Positions 33,042 through 45,156 are shown, counted from the stretch's first letter. The stretch is DNA of 45,897 nucleotides from Saprolegnia diclina VS20 (GCF_000281045.1 NW_008246110.1:326918-372814); one strand, 5' to 3'. The notes: a model not told the origin generated them from the letters alone. Numbers and translations are program-made.

Positions 33042-34110
33042 GAACCGGTGCTGCGTTCGGCGCCTGGTTACAAAGGAATGACGAGGCAGATCACGGACTT
33101 GCGCTGTTTGGACTGTAATTGAGGATAGAACATACTTTCACTGTGTGTAGAGTGTGCACAGTATTGGCACTGATCTGGACCTGCATGAAGTCGAGTGGGG
33201 TACGTGGCACGACGTGGGCGGTGGCCGTTTCGTCGCCGCCTATTTATATTGTACAGGTTTATTATGCATACGAATGCCAAGTGATAAGTACATATTTTAA
33301 AGAAGTCATCGTACGTTTAAAAATTCGAAGGATAAGTATACAAAGATATAGTATACTGAGGTTGATTTGCTTCGACAAAATTCTATTATAATAAATTGTT
33401 GGCCAAAGCAATGTGACTCGGTATTTGTATGCTTTTGCTTGGGGAAGTGAAATTATATAGTATAAGAGGTTTGGACGCGCTGAAATACTGTACCACTCTC
33501 GGCTGCGTAATCGCCGCAAATGGTGTGAAGCAGACCCTGGCGACCTGGCCGCTGCCCCACTGCGCCCACTTGATGGCCGCGTGGATCACGGCTGAACCGG
33601 CACGTTTTGCTATAGGTGAATGGCCGCGGATGCTCACTAACAGCCTTGCATGTTGTCTCTTGAACGACGTCGTGCGAGAAGATATGCTGCATATAAGCGA
33701 GCATTTTGTTCGAAGGACTTACGATCAGCTTACGACGAGTCCGTCACATGCCCCATTCTTTATGCCTGCAAGATTACACCGGCCGCCCGTGATGAGCTTA
33801 TATCGCTGGAGTTGGCATTCGTGAAGCTCAGGATTAATTCGAATTATGAACGCATCTGGACACACGCGGTCCTCCTTGCCTTGTTGCTCGTTGGTCGTCC
33901 AGGTATAATATATTGCCGCCTTGTTCGTCGTGCGCCTTGGCGCTCTGACAACGCAACAGCGTTGCCGAAGCCGAGGGAACCACTGTGCTACACTATTTCG
34001 TTATGAATGGGTACACCATTTCCAGCCTCAGTATTAATTGTGAAAGGTTCGGTTGTTTGTGGCGTGGGTGGTCCCGCGGTCGGGCTAGTTTCTTATTGAC
34101 TGAATCGAGC

Positions 34111-34602
34111 ATGCTCGCCCGCGCCGCCCGCCGCTCCATCCACAGCACCGCGCTCCGCGCCGCCGCCGAGAACGCGTCGGCCGCCGGTGCCACCAAGGTG
34201 ACGTTGAACCTCAACACGCCCCACCAGTCCTTCTACAAGAAGGCGGAGGTCGACCTCGTCCAGATCCCGGGCCTCGTCGGCGAGTACGGTATCACGGCGC
34301 GCCACACGCCGATCATCTCGCAGCTCAAGCCCGGTGTCATCATCGTGCACGAGGAGCGCGACAAGGTCGTGAAGAAGTTCTTCACGGCCGGCGGCTTTGC
34401 CTTTACGCACGCCGACTCGGTCACGGACATTGCCTGCGTCGAGTTGGTCAAGGTCGAGGACATTGATGCGTCGGCCGCCGAGGCCGGTGTCACCAAGTAC
34501 AAGCAATTGATGGACCAGGCCGCCCAGGGCAGCGTCGAACGCGTCGAAGCGCAGATCGCGTACGAAACCCACGTCGCCATGGTCGCCGCCTTGGCCGCGT
34601 AG
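34111..34602 (+). CDS. ATP16: Mitochondrial ATP synthase F1 delta subunit
   Basis: Transit peptide MLARAARRSIHSTALRA, then VQIPGLVGEYGITARHTPIISQLKPGV and FFTAGGFA. Confidence 0.93.
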   Translation: MLARAARRSIHSTALRAAAENASAAGATKVTLNLNTPHQSFYKKAEVDLVQIPGLVGEYGITARHTPIISQLKPGVIIVHEERDKVVKKFFTAGGFAFTHADSVTDIACVELVKVEDIDASAAEAGVTKYKQLMDQAAQGSVERVEAQIAYETHVAMVAALAA

Positions 34603-34765
34603 ACGACTAGTGTGTGTCTCTCTTGCTCTTATAAATCCAAGCGTGCCAATGATGTAATACTACCATCCGCGTTCACGCCACCTCTCGCTTCTGTGTTTGC
34701 CTACAGGACACCCGACGCGACGCGAACGCTCTTCTATTCCTATGTTAAATATGGCGAGACGCGGA

Positions 34766-35500
34766 TCAAAGCCACTCATTGGCGTACGCGCTCTCGTAGC
34801 TCTCGACAAAGGCTTCGAACGCTTCGTTCTCTTGACCGTCGCACTGCGTCCAACAGGCTTCGACGACGCGCAGCATGTCGCTGCGGAAGCCGGCGACTTC
34901 GTTGTACGTCGAGTACGCCTGCAGGATGCGCGTGACGTGTCGCTTGGCCCGCGACGAGAGATGACTGCTCGTCATGACATGGCGCGCAATCGCATCGTAC
35001 CATGGGCAGCGGCGGCAAGGACATAGGTAATCGGAGACTATAAAGGGCGACCGCGCACTCAGTGAGAAGGGTCTGTCGTCAGAGAACGGCGCTCGCTTCC
35101 GGTACGTACAGGCGAACGTCGACTCGTCATCGTCACACAGCACCGTGTCTTGTGAACACTCGGACGAGCACGTTGTACTGTCGCGGTCGTCGTCGTCCTC
35201 GTTGGCTTCGTCGCCAGCGGCAGCCTTCCACGCCATCGCAGTCGCTGTGGTCGTCGTCGTCTTTGCGCGAGATGCACCTGCGGATGGAAACACAAGGCTG
35301 AACTCGTGGCACACTTGGTCGTAGGCGTCAGTTCCCGACGCTGCCACCGGCGGGTCGATGCTGACCGGCTGCGGGGCCACGAGCACTCGCGGCCGCTTGC
35401 GCCGGCCACGCTCCGGAGGCGCGTACTCGGCGCTGGTGGTCCGATCATTGGCGCCGTCGCTGCTCGGGTTGCACGCTGCGGTCGGCGCAATGTTGCCCAT
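34766..35500 (-). CDS. Hypothetical protein with C-terminal partial, degenerate Rab-GAP TBC-like segment
   Basis: RILQAYSTYNEVAGFRSDML...ENEAFEAFV resembles TBC helices. The first ATG gives MGNIAP. Confidence 0.6.
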   Translation of the reverse strand: MGNIAPTAACNPSSDGANDRTTSAEYAPPERGRRKRPRVLVAPQPVSIDPPVAASGTDAYDQVCHEFSLVFPSAGASRAKTTTTTATAMAWKAAAGDEANEDDDDRDSTTCSSECSQDTVLCDDDESTFACTYRKRAPFSDDRPFSLSARSPFIVSDYLCPCRRCPWYDAIARHVMTSSHLSSRAKRHVTRILQAYSTYNEVAGFRSDMLRVVEACWTQCDGQENEAFEAFVESYESAYANEWL

Positions 35501-35975
35501 CACGATAGTCGAAGGCAATACAAAATAGCTCCACTCAGGATCTTGGTCGTTTCGCTGGTTCCACAAACGGCGGCCTGCGATTCGCTACGGCATTCCATTC
35601 ATGCGGGGCCAGGATTCGCTCCCATTCTCCACGTATGCCCAATCATATCGCTTCACGAGCACCTTTATAGCCAATCCGGTACCGTGTAGGAAGCACGCGC
35701 CATGATTCGCTACAATGAAAGCCATCCACCAATCCGCTGGCGAGATGGTGCACACAACGCACCAATCACAATCGACAGCGAAGGCTGGCGCGAGATTCCC
35801 TTGCCGGCTCCTTGAGTTTGAGCTTGGGCTTGACACAACTTGTGGTCGGCTCAGGCGCTGCAGCAACGACTCCAAACGTAGACTCGTATCGTGTATAGAT
35901 AGTGTTATATATTTCGTTTAGTATGCGATAAATCAATAATGACAACTGAGATCGCCAGCTTCAATCGCGCTCCGA

Positions 35976-38900
35976 TCACCGTTCGAGGTGGCAGACCTTG
36001 GCGAGGCAGAGCCAAATAAGGCTTTGGAAGATCGCAATCATCGCCACGAGCGCAATCAAATCGTCAAACCGGTTGGCGTAATCGTATGCGCCGTTGAAGA
36101 ACTTGGTGACGAACGCCGTGACGGTGACCGGTTCCTTGGTGAGTGTGTCGAGCACGAGACGGACGTCGCCGTGGAACTGCGTGACAATGATCGCTTCGAC
36201 CATGTAGTGGAGCGGGCAGAGCCAGTACATCCACTGCCACCCCGAGACGAGCGTGTTGGCGTCGATGAAGAAGCCGGCAAAGATGAACATGATGCCCGTG
36301 ATTGCGCCGCCGAGGAGCACGGCGACTTGGTGCGTCGAGACCGCGACGGCAAAGAGCTGCCCGATGAAGGACCACATCGCCATCGAGAGCGTCATCACGA
36401 GCCAGTACCATGTCCACGCGGTCGTCTCGGCCGAGAGGCCAACGCTCCAGTAGAGCCCGTGCACGTAAACAGCCGCGAAGAAGCTCGTATAGACAAACTC
36501 GACAATGAACATGACGAGGACGTAGGCGCCGGGCGAGTACATGTTGGACATGCGCTCGCGGTAGAAGACGCCACGCAGATGCATCGTGAAGGGAATCGCG
36601 GCCGAGAGGAAGCTCGAGCAGATGAACGACGACGAGACGTTGATGAGGACGAGGCGGGACATGACGTCCGTCGCCGTCGTGATCGTCTGCCCGGCGTACA
36701 TGGACGTGAAGACGAGCGCGAGAACGATGACAAGGATGAGTCGGGACCGGTTGAACGACGGCGACCGCCAGTAGATGGTCCACTGCCGCTGCAGAAGCGC
36801 GCGCACTTGCGCACCAAACGACGCGGTGAACTGATCCGTCTTGGTCATGACACTGCCATTCGGCACCATGGCCTTTTGGAGCATTGCAATGTTGTCCTTG
36901 CTCAGCCAGCTCTGACTGTAGAGCTGCGCAAAGTCGAGATAGGCGTTGGCATCGGTCGTGCCGGCGCCGATGCAGTTGAGCATGTACGTGGCCGGGTTCT
37001 CGCTTGGCTGCATTTGCGGCACACTCTCAAACTGACCAAAGTACTCGAGCATCTCGGACGACTCGAGACCGAGCGGGCCGTAGTAAACCAAATGGCCGCC
37101 CGACTGGAGCAGCAGCAGCTTGTCAAAGAGCTCGAAAAGGACGGTCGACGGCTGGTGGATCGTGCACACGACCGTGCGACCCGACTGCGCAATGCGCTTG
37201 ACGCACTCCATGACGATCGTGGCGGCGCGCGAGTCGAGACCGGTCGTCGGCTCGTCCAGAAAGAGAATGCTCGGGTTCGAGAGGAGCTCGCCGCCAATCG
37301 TGACGCGCTTGCGCTCGCCCAGCGACAAGGCAAAGAGCTGCGCGTTGGCGCGCGCCTGGAGCTCGAGCACGACCAAAACATCGCGCACAAAGCCCGCGCG
37401 CTCGCCCGCAGACGTCGACGACGGCAGCCGCAACGCCGCGCAAAAAAGGAACGCCTCGACGACCGTCGACGTCTCCTCGTAGATATCAAACTGCTCGCAG
37501 TAGCCCATGAGGATATTGAACGTCTTGCGGTCCATCGGGTGGCCGTTGACATACAGGTCGCCGGCAATGACACCGGCCGTCTTGCGCCCGGCGATGACGT
37601 CCATGAGCGTTGTCTTGCCGGCCCCCGACGACCCCATGAGCGCCGTGAGCGTCCCGGGCTCAAAGCAGCCGTGGATGCCCTGGAGCAGCTGGCGGCTGCT
37701 CTTTTGCTTCTTGGCGCCGACTTGGATCGTGTACGAGAGGTCGCGGAAGGCGAGCGTCACAGGCGAAAATGCGAGGCTGTTGAGGTCGCTGCGCTCCGAT
37801 TGCACGGAGAGGGACGCGGCGTCCGGGGGCGTGCTCACGGCGTCTTCGACCTTGTGCGTAAAAGCCTGCTGGTGGCGCACGCGTGCATATGCAACCATCG
37901 TCAAGACGCTCAAGACGACCGCGTAGCCAAAGAGAAAGACGAGGCCGAGGCCAACGTAGGCGCTGTTGGTCGAGAAGCCCATGGCGCCAAGTGCAATGTC
38001 GCCAATGCGACCGCGACCGGGAATCACCGTGTCGTACATCGGGCGGCTCGAGAGGTACTCGTTCTGCGCCAGCGTCCGGAGGGCCCACGTGATCGGGTTG
38101 GACCAGTAGAGCCAGATCCACCCGGTCGCGATCTGGGCTTCGGGTTGCACAAAGCCGGCAAACATGAGGTGCATGAAGATGCCAAAGAGCGCAATGACCT
38201 TGGCCAAGACGCCGTCGACCGAGATCGACGTGATGAACTTGAAGAACTGCACGTAGCAGAGACTCACGAGGTACATGGTCGCCAGGCAGACGAGGTAGTG
38301 ACCGCCATTCGGGTTGAAGTCGGCGCCAAAGTAGAAGGGCACCGAGAAGAGAATCGCTTGCGGCAGCGTCCAAACGAGCTCGAGGAGAAACTCGGAAATG
38401 ACGATCGTCGAGACGGGAAAGAACTTGAACTGGAGCTGCTTGTAGAGGACCTTTCGGCGCTCGTACACGGCTTGGACCGAGCTGAGCGTCGCGAGCGCTT
38501 GGAAGAGGATGGCCAAGTAGAAGAGGCCGATCTTCATCGGCGCGTAGTGCGGCTCTTGGGACGGCGTCTTGGCTTTTGTCGCGATACCGAGGAACACCGT
38601 GCCGAGGATCGAACCGAGGACCAGTGCGTTGGCCATGCGCGACTTGTTGAACTTCTTGTCCCGCAGCGACTGCTTGAGGATGCGACCAAACACAACGCGG
38701 AGGCTCTCAAAATACGGCAGCGGCCGCCGACGCGCCTGCACCATCTTCTCGCGCGGCCGTCCGGACGCCGCAATCAGCTCCTTCCCGAGCGCGGCACCCA
38801 GGTTGCTCTGGTAGAACACGCCCGCAAACTCGGCCGCCGACGTTGGCAGCGCCACGCTGGACGCTGCCTTTGCGTACCGCACTCCCAGCGGCGTCGTGAC

Positions 38901-40067
38901 CTCTTGCAGAAAGTCCGCAATGTCCTTGCGCGCCGGACAGTGGTACCCGATGCTCTTAAAGTACGGCACGAGCTCGGTGCGCGGGCCGCAGTAGACCATC
39001 TCGCCCTTGTCGAGCACAATGATGTTGTCAAAGAGATCGTAGACTTCAGGCGGCGGCTGCAGCATCGACATGACCACCGTCTTCTCGAGCAGCTCGGCCA
39101 TGGTCCGAATCGCATTCGCAATGTCAAACGTCGTCGAGGCGTCGAGGCCGTTGGAGAACTCGTCAATGAGCAGCGTCGGCGCACGACCGGTAAGCATCTC
39201 GCCGACGGTCACGCGGCGCTTCTGACCGCCCGAGACGCCGCGGATCATGTCGTCGCCGATCATCGTGTCGGCGCACTCGGTCAAACCAAACACCGAGATG
39301 AGGATGTCGACCATGTGCTCTTCGTTGACGAGCAGCGGGTCGTCATGCGCGAGCTGGCCCACGAGGCACTTGTGGGCAAACGCAAACGTCTCGTGCACGG
39401 TGAGCGTCGCAATGTGGTGGTCCTGCTGCTGCACGTACGTCGTGAGCGACGCGAGGTCGACCTGGTCGGGCGCGCACCCGTTGTACGTGACAGTCCCCGT
39501 GAGCGTCTCGTTGGATCCGGGTTTGGTGAGACCCGCGATAAGCTTGAGCAGCGACGTCTTGCCGCAGCCCGGCGGGCCGAGCACGAGCGTCATGGTGCCC
39601 GGCTTGAAGATCGCGTTGATGTTGTGCAGAATGTACTTGTCAAAGTACTTGTGGTCGCGCGCCGTTGTCTGGAGCGACGGCATACTCGGCGAGACCGTCT
39701 GGATGCTCGAGTCGGTGATGGGCAGCTCGGCAATGTAGTCGACCGAGCTCAAACGGACCTCGCACGTCGGGAGGGACGCGACGGCGCCGATCTTGTTGCG
39801 CATCTGCTTGATGAGGTTACGAAAGCCGAGCTTTTGGATGTTTTCCTTGGTGAAGACCATCGAGTAGATGCGCTGCGTCGTGAGCGCGTCGTGGTTGCGC
39901 TGGCTCATAAAGATCATTTCGTCCGTGACGCCGCTTTCGTACAAAATGTCTTCAAAGTGCACGGCGGGCGTCGGGTGGTCCAGGGCGCGGCGCTGCGGCG
40001 AGAGCACTTCTTCGTAGCTCCAGGCGTCCGGCCCCGTGTTGGAGCGCAGCACAAAGCGCGCCGACAT
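35976..40067 (-). CDS. Full-size ABCG / PDR-type ABC transporter, intronless
   Basis: NBD1 GPPGCGKT, VSGGQKRRVT, LIDEFSNGLD; NBD2 GSSGAGKT, LFLDEPTTGLD, CTIHQPS; NBD-TMD-NBD-TMD order. Start placed at MSARFV. Confidence 0.96.
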   Translation of the reverse strand: MSARFVLRSNTGPDAWSYEEVLSPQRRALDHPTPAVHFEDILYESGVTDEMIFMSQRNHDALTTQRIYSMVFTKENIQKLGFRNLIKQMRNKIGAVASLPTCEVRLSSVDYIAELPITDSSIQTVSPSMPSLQTTARDHKYFDKYILHNINAIFKPGTMTLVLGPPGCGKTSLLKLIAGLTKPGSNETLTGTVTYNGCAPDQVDLASLTTYVQQQDHHIATLTVHETFAFAHKCLVGQLAHDDPLLVNEEHMVDILISVFGLTECADTMIGDDMIRGVSGGQKRRVTVGEMLTGRAPTLLIDEFSNGLDASTTFDIANAIRTMAELLEKTVVMSMLQPPPEVYDLFDNIIVLDKGEMVYCGPRTELVPYFKSIGYHCPARKDIADFLQEVTTPLGVRYAKAASSVALPTSAAEFAGVFYQSNLGAALGKELIAASGRPREKMVQARRRPLPYFESLRVVFGRILKQSLRDKKFNKSRMANALVLGSILGTVFLGIATKAKTPSQEPHYAPMKIGLFYLAILFQALATLSSVQAVYERRKVLYKQLQFKFFPVSTIVISEFLLELVWTLPQAILFSVPFYFGADFNPNGGHYLVCLATMYLVSLCYVQFFKFITSISVDGVLAKVIALFGIFMHLMFAGFVQPEAQIATGWIWLYWSNPITWALRTLAQNEYLSSRPMYDTVIPGRGRIGDIALGAMGFSTNSAYVGLGLVFLFGYAVVLSVLTMVAYARVRHQQAFTHKVEDAVSTPPDAASLSVQSERSDLNSLAFSPVTLAFRDLSYTIQVGAKKQKSSRQLLQGIHGCFEPGTLTALMGSSGAGKTTLMDVIAGRKTAGVIAGDLYVNGHPMDRKTFNILMGYCEQFDIYEETSTVVEAFLFCAALRLPSSTSAGERAGFVRDVLVVLELQARANAQLFALSLGERKRVTIGGELLSNPSILFLDEPTTGLDSRAATIVMECVKRIAQSGRTVVCTIHQPSTVLFELFDKLLLLQSGGHLVYYGPLGLESSEMLEYFGQFESVPQMQPSENPATYMLNCIGAGTTDANAYLDFAQLYSQSWLSKDNIAMLQKAMVPNGSVMTKTDQFTASFGAQVRALLQRQWTIYWRSPSFNRSRLILVIVLALVFTSMYAGQTITTATDVMSRLVLINVSSSFICSSFLSAAIPFTMHLRGVFYRERMSNMYSPGAYVLVMFIVEFVYTSFFAAVYVHGLYWSVGLSAETTAWTWYWLVMTLSMAMWSFIGQLFAVAVSTHQVAVLLGGAITGIMFIFAGFFIDANTLVSGWQWMYWLCPLHYMVEAIIVTQFHGDVRLVLDTLTKEPVTVTAFVTKFFNGAYDYANRFDDLIALVAMIAIFQSLIWLCLAKVCHLER

Positions 40068-42831
40068 GTTTGTTGGTGTCGAAAAGGAAATGTGAGAACT
40101 GGTACACGTCGCTGCAATCGTTGGCAATCCCTTTGCCACGGGACGCAGCGACCGAATCTCTTTGCTTTTTGATCTTGACAACGTAGGACGGCGTCCGATT
40201 GGCTACGGACCCAAGCTGCGCTTAGTTGTTGGGCGCCAGATGGCGCTAGAAAGGCGGTTGTGTGTGGGGATGTCAAGATGTAATGCAGACACGATGGACG
40301 TTATCCACTTGGTGTCTCAGCACACGGCATCGACGCGCTCTCTACATGTGTTGGGGATCACGGCACCGATTCCGTCGTTGCGAGTGGTCGTTGTCATGAA
40401 CCTGGCCTGGTTGCTCTCCGAGTCGTTGAACTCCATGAGGTGCAATAATGCTGCTTGTGGTGGCCAAGGAAATAAGGACATGGGTCCCGGTGATGACTTG
40501 CCTTCCAGCTACACAAGACTTCCGTACATGTATAGGCTGCGCTTGACAATGGAATGACATTCCTATAGCATATCGCAGCCCGTCGGGCTCGAAACGCGTT
40601 GGGACGTCGGTTCATAGAGTCGATACCGCTGGAGTCGATGACCGCTGTGGGATCGCGATGGTTTTCGACGACTGAAAATTTCAGATCTTCAAGGGGCGCG
40701 ACGCGACGCTCGTCACGAAAGGAACTCGCGAATGATCACACATGTGTGTCAGCCCTCTGTGCACACTTGACCATATTGTGTGCTTCGTCGCAGACCGTCC
40801 GATTTTCGTTGAGTACAAACTGCACACTGCGGCCGGAATCGTAAATTCAATGCCGCGAATAGCCATTCCGGGAAGTCTCTCGCTTGCTGGGGCACTGCTC
40901 CATCGCGAAATCGGGGGTTCGATGCGGTCGCTTGTAACCTCGTACCTATGGACATGGACCTGCGTGCGTCGAATGCGAATGAAATTCTGCAAGAAAGCCT
41001 ATTTGGTTCACCATGACGAAGCGCAATACGACCCAAACAACCACAAGCAAAATCCATGGCTACTACAGTAGCCCCACTGAATTGTACTATTTGGAAGAAG
41101 TCAACTACATTGTACGACAGGAGTGCTGGGATGTGAACCAGATTTCCAGCAGATTTCTCGGATGTTGAGTTTGTTGAGAAATCGCACTCGAATCTTCCGC
41201 AAGGGTACGTTTTCCATTTTTCATTGCTTCTAGTGGCAAGTGCACGAAGTCGCATGGGGAGCGGGTGGCGACGCCAAAGCTCCTGGAGAACGTTGAGCTC
41301 GAGAATTCACGGCGTTGATTCTGCTGCGCACCACCAAACCACCCTGTCGCGTCTGGGTGACTTGTGCGAGTAAACTGTGCGAGCGCGCAGAGAAGCCCTT
41401 TGGAAAGACTGGACGCAATCGCAACAGCGACCAGTAGATGCAGATCGTGCAATTGCGATCGTCACCGACGAGGCTCTATGTCGAGGCATTCGGTCATTGT
41501 CCATGGCGATCAAACGCGCTTTAAAGTGTTAACCTACCCGTCTCTCTTGCGCGTGGCGACCTCGTCCTTCTCCTCGGCACACAAGCGTTCTGGGTCCAAC
41601 CCGAGTTCTCCTACCTGTACTGTGCAGAGGCTCGCTACGATCCTGTCGCAACAGGGAAGATCGAATCACCGCCTTCGCTCGTGGTTGGCAGGGTCCAACA
41701 CAAACGACACGACGTTCGAATAGCAGGCGACCACCGTCAATTGCAGGTTCGTGCAACGGCATTGGTCCGCAAACGCCACGCCCTTTGGAGGCGACTGTTT
41801 GCTCGATGACGCGAAGCCGTCATGTGGGAGCTGTACGGCATAGCTCACGCGGTGGACCGCCCGCCGCTTCATAATGGCAGCATGAACAACGACCCTTCAC
41901 ACTGATGGTTCATAAAGCTTGGTCACCAAGTGCTTAACGCAATTTTATTTTCACCGCCGCCACCACGTCGCGAGTGGGCCAACGACTGTGTTTGCTCAGA
42001 GGCAACCAGTTCCAATCCCTGCCAAGGGAGAACGGAGGCAAGCTTTGGGGCTAAACCAGAAATCGGGTGTGGCACGGCGGGTGACTTTAGCCCAGGACGT
42101 CCACAGCAAAAAGTGCTTGGCGCCGGCTTCGTCTGCACCACCACCGGAGGCTACGGCGGCGGCGGCAAGGGCGGTGCCGACTGCCGGTGGTGGCGGCTGG
42201 AACACCGGTGCTACGGGCGGCTACCTCTGCAAGGTCTAACTCGTCAAGCGCCACTTACTTGTATCGCCCTCTTGCGTAACTTGTCTGAATAGAAACGTCA
42301 TGTTCCTTGATATTGCATCTACTGGCAGCGGCTCAAGCTCAACGACGTGTAGATGCTCCCGACGTTGCTCAAGCACTGTGGGTCTTGGGCGCCCACGGCT
42401 GCTGGCGCTGATCGACTCGAACGCTTTGAAACAACTGCGTCAACTCATTGTCGTTCATAATCCCTCTCGAACGCCGCTTTGTTCAAACGCTGCCAGACCT
42501 CGGCGTCGCTCAAGCTCGCCGGGCCCTCTCAAGAGCTTTTTCATGTACTACTCGTGGCCCTCTTTGGCACGCTGCCACGCGACTCTCGACGCCACTCTCG
42601 TCATTCGACAAGCGCCTCAGGAGCATTTACGATCTCAAGGAGCTCAACACCATTGAGAGGAGCTTGAACCGATGCGGTCGTCGATGCTTGTCCCGGCGTC
42701 CCCACGCACGACGCTGTCAAAGACTTCGGTGCGCGCGTGTGGCAATCTTCTGCCAGCAATGGTGGATTATACATCTCAAACGGTTAGTTGCATTTAGTTA
42801 GTTTAGAAATTAATAGATTGATGAAAGGCCT

Positions 42832-44292
42832 CTAATAACGACGGCCGCCACCGCGGCCACCACGACCACCACCGCCACCACGACGGAAGAAGTTGCCACC
42901 CTTGCCGCCACTGCGCTTCCCCTTCATCTCAACGAGCTCTTGCGGTACTTCTTGCTGCGCTTCGGTGAGAATCTCGACAAGCTCCTTGGCGCAGCCGGCG
43001 TCGCTCTTGGTGAAGAGCGAGAAGGACTGGCCCTTGGCGCCGGCACGGCCCGTACGACCGATGCGGTGGACGTAGTCTTCGATGCCGTTCTGGCCGTTGG
43101 GCATGTCGTAGTTGATGACGACGCCGACGTCCTTGACATCGAGGCCGCGCGCCGCCACGTCGGTCGCAAAGAGCAGGTTGATCGTGCCCATCTTGAACTG
43201 GTTCATCGTGAGCGTGCGCTCGTGCTGCTCCTTGTCGCCGTGGAGGGCGCCGACCGCGAAGCCGTCGGCCCAGTACTCGTTCGCAAAGTGGTCGCACGTG
43301 CGCTTGGTGCGGAAGAACACGATCGTCTTGACGTGCTTGGTCAAGTCCGTGTTGGTCGGGTCCTCCATCTTGACGACCTTGTCTACGAGCTCGGCAAACT
43401 TGATGTGCTTGTCGCTCTCGTCGCACATGATCACGTTCTGCACAATGTCCTTGTTGGCCTGGAGCACGTTGATGTCGCCCATCTCGACTTGGACCGGGTT
43501 GGTGAGGAACTCGCGCGCGAGCTTCTGGATCGCCTTGGGCCACGTGGCGCTGAAGAGAAGCGTCTGGCGCTGCGCCGGGATCTCGGCCACGATCGACCGG
43601 ATCTGGGGTTCGAAGCCCATGTCAAGCATGCGATCGGCTTCGTCAAGCACGAGGATCTCGACCGAGCGGAGGTTGACCTTCTTCATCGTGAGAAGGTCGT
43701 TGAGACGACCGGGCGTCGCGACGAGGCAGTCGACGCCAATCTCGAGCTGGCGGATCTGCATGTACTTGGGCGCACCGCCGTAAATGCACGCTGTGCGCAC
43801 GAACGGCTTGGCGCGGCTGAACTTCTTGGCCTCGGCCTCGATCTGCGTCGCGAGCTCGCGCGTCGGCGCCAGCACGAGGATGCGCGGGTCGCGCGTCGGC
43901 TTGGTGTTCTTGGAGATGTGGTAGAACGACGGCAAGAGAAAGCCCACGGTCTTGCCCGAGCCCGTCTTGGCGACCGAGATCATGTCCTGCTTGGTGAGCG
44001 CGATCGGCCACGACTGCGCCTGCGTCGGCGTCGGCGACGTGTAGCCCGCGCGCTTGAAGCAGTCCTTGATCTCGGTCGTGAACGGCGTGTCGTCAAACTC
44101 GAGGATCGGGTCCGGGCACGCATAGTTGGCCGTCGGGCCGCGGATCGTGATCGAGTGCTCGGCGCGCCATGCCACGCCCGCTGCGGTGCTGGCTGTCGGC
44201 GCCGTGTTGGCGACCTTGGCGGCCTTGCCGGCGCCGTCCTCGTCGCGCTTGCGCTTGGGGGCGGCGTCGTGCTTCTTGAAGGTCATCGTCAT
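42832..44292 (-). CDS. DEAD-box RNA helicase (Dbp2/p68-like clade), intronless
   Basis: Q motif GYTSPTPTQ, AKTGSGKT, PTRELA, TPGRL, DEAD, SAT, HRIGRTGR and an RGG tail. Start placed at ATG 44292. Confidence 0.95.
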   Translation of the reverse strand: MTMTFKKHDAAPKRKRDEDGAGKAAKVANTAPTASTAAGVAWRAEHSITIRGPTANYACPDPILEFDDTPFTTEIKDCFKRAGYTSPTPTQAQSWPIALTKQDMISVAKTGSGKTVGFLLPSFYHISKNTKPTRDPRILVLAPTRELATQIEAEAKKFSRAKPFVRTACIYGGAPKYMQIRQLEIGVDCLVATPGRLNDLLTMKKVNLRSVEILVLDEADRMLDMGFEPQIRSIVAEIPAQRQTLLFSATWPKAIQKLAREFLTNPVQVEMGDINVLQANKDIVQNVIMCDESDKHIKFAELVDKVVKMEDPTNTDLTKHVKTIVFFRTKRTCDHFANEYWADGFAVGALHGDKEQHERTLTMNQFKMGTINLLFATDVAARGLDVKDVGVVINYDMPNGQNGIEDYVHRIGRTGRAGAKGQSFSLFTKSDAGCAKELVEILTEAQQEVPQELVEMKGKRSGGKGGNFFRRGGGGGRGGRGGGRRY

Positions 44293-44336
44293 GCTCCTGA
44301 GCTGGCGAGTGCAATTGTACCGACCGCTTCCGCGGA

Positions 44337-44395
44337 CCAATCTCTTGGGAGAGCCAATCACTTGCAAAAATTGGTTGGTCAACGCACTGGCCAAT
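44337..44395 (-). promoter_or_regulatory. Four CCAAT boxes upstream of the helicase
   Basis: CCAAT/ATTGG at 44337, 44354, 44370 and 44391. Confidence 0.5.
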
Positions 44396-44739
44396 GAGCA
44401 GCGACCAAGACGCTTGCATGAGGACTTGTGCCGTTTCCATTTGGGTGCGTCTATCCTATTTTTATGATTGAAATCGGCCTTTCGGACCGAAAATAGGCAG
44501 CCCGTGACGTGGCGCCAGCAGGCGCCTTTTCGCAGGAACCAGAACATGGTAAGTATCACGACGACACGCCCACCACAGACTGACCACAGACCACAGGACG
44601 AGGGAGACTCCGAATCAAATGATGCTCGATACAACGCCAAAGAGTGTATAACGCTTGGACCATTAGCGCGTTAAACTAAATCATGTGTCACACCCAGCTC
44701 GCTCCCATCCCCCAGTACCGGTCTGGTACTGCAGTACTA

Positions 44740-45156
44740 CTCCGTCCCATATTACTTTGCGTTTTTAACTTTAAGTGACCGTGAAAAATCGAGTTTTGAA
44801 AGTTTCGAATCAGTCAAACCAGCTTTTGATTTCCTCTATCAATTGATACAGCTCGTGTCAAAATTATGCCCATTGAAGACTTCTGTTCTTGGCGTTAAAA
44901 ACGGTCACTCGAATCGTTTTGCGAATCTTTCACCGGGCTTGATGTTTGTATCAGGAATTGGGCAAATCGAGTTTTATTAATATTACTTTTCCGGATAACA
45001 TACTCAAAGTACGTCATTTTTCCGGAAATAGAATAAAAATAAATTATTACTGTCAATTTCTACCAATCACAACCCCGTATTATGCGCAAGCCAATCACAA
45101 GCGACTTCCGCTGCGAGGTCGATTCGACCAAAAACGCAAAGTAATATGGGACGGAG
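44740..45156. mobile_element. MITE A, Tc1/mariner (Stowaway-like), 417 bp
   Basis: Perfect 27-bp TIR CTCCGTCCCATATTACTTTGCGTTTTT (44740-44766, reverse complement at 45130-45156), TA on the left and an AT-rich non-coding interior. Confidence 0.9.

Noticed and set aside
35988..40172. 1394-aa + strand ORF antisense to the ABC transporter
   Set aside because: It mirrors the real gene codon for codon, as expected from strong GC3 bias, and has no recognisable motifs.
42940..44397. 485-aa antisense ORF over the helicase (likewise 31662-32852, 13020-13931 and 25942-26892)
   Set aside because: Shadow ORFs of GC-biased genes on the opposite strand.
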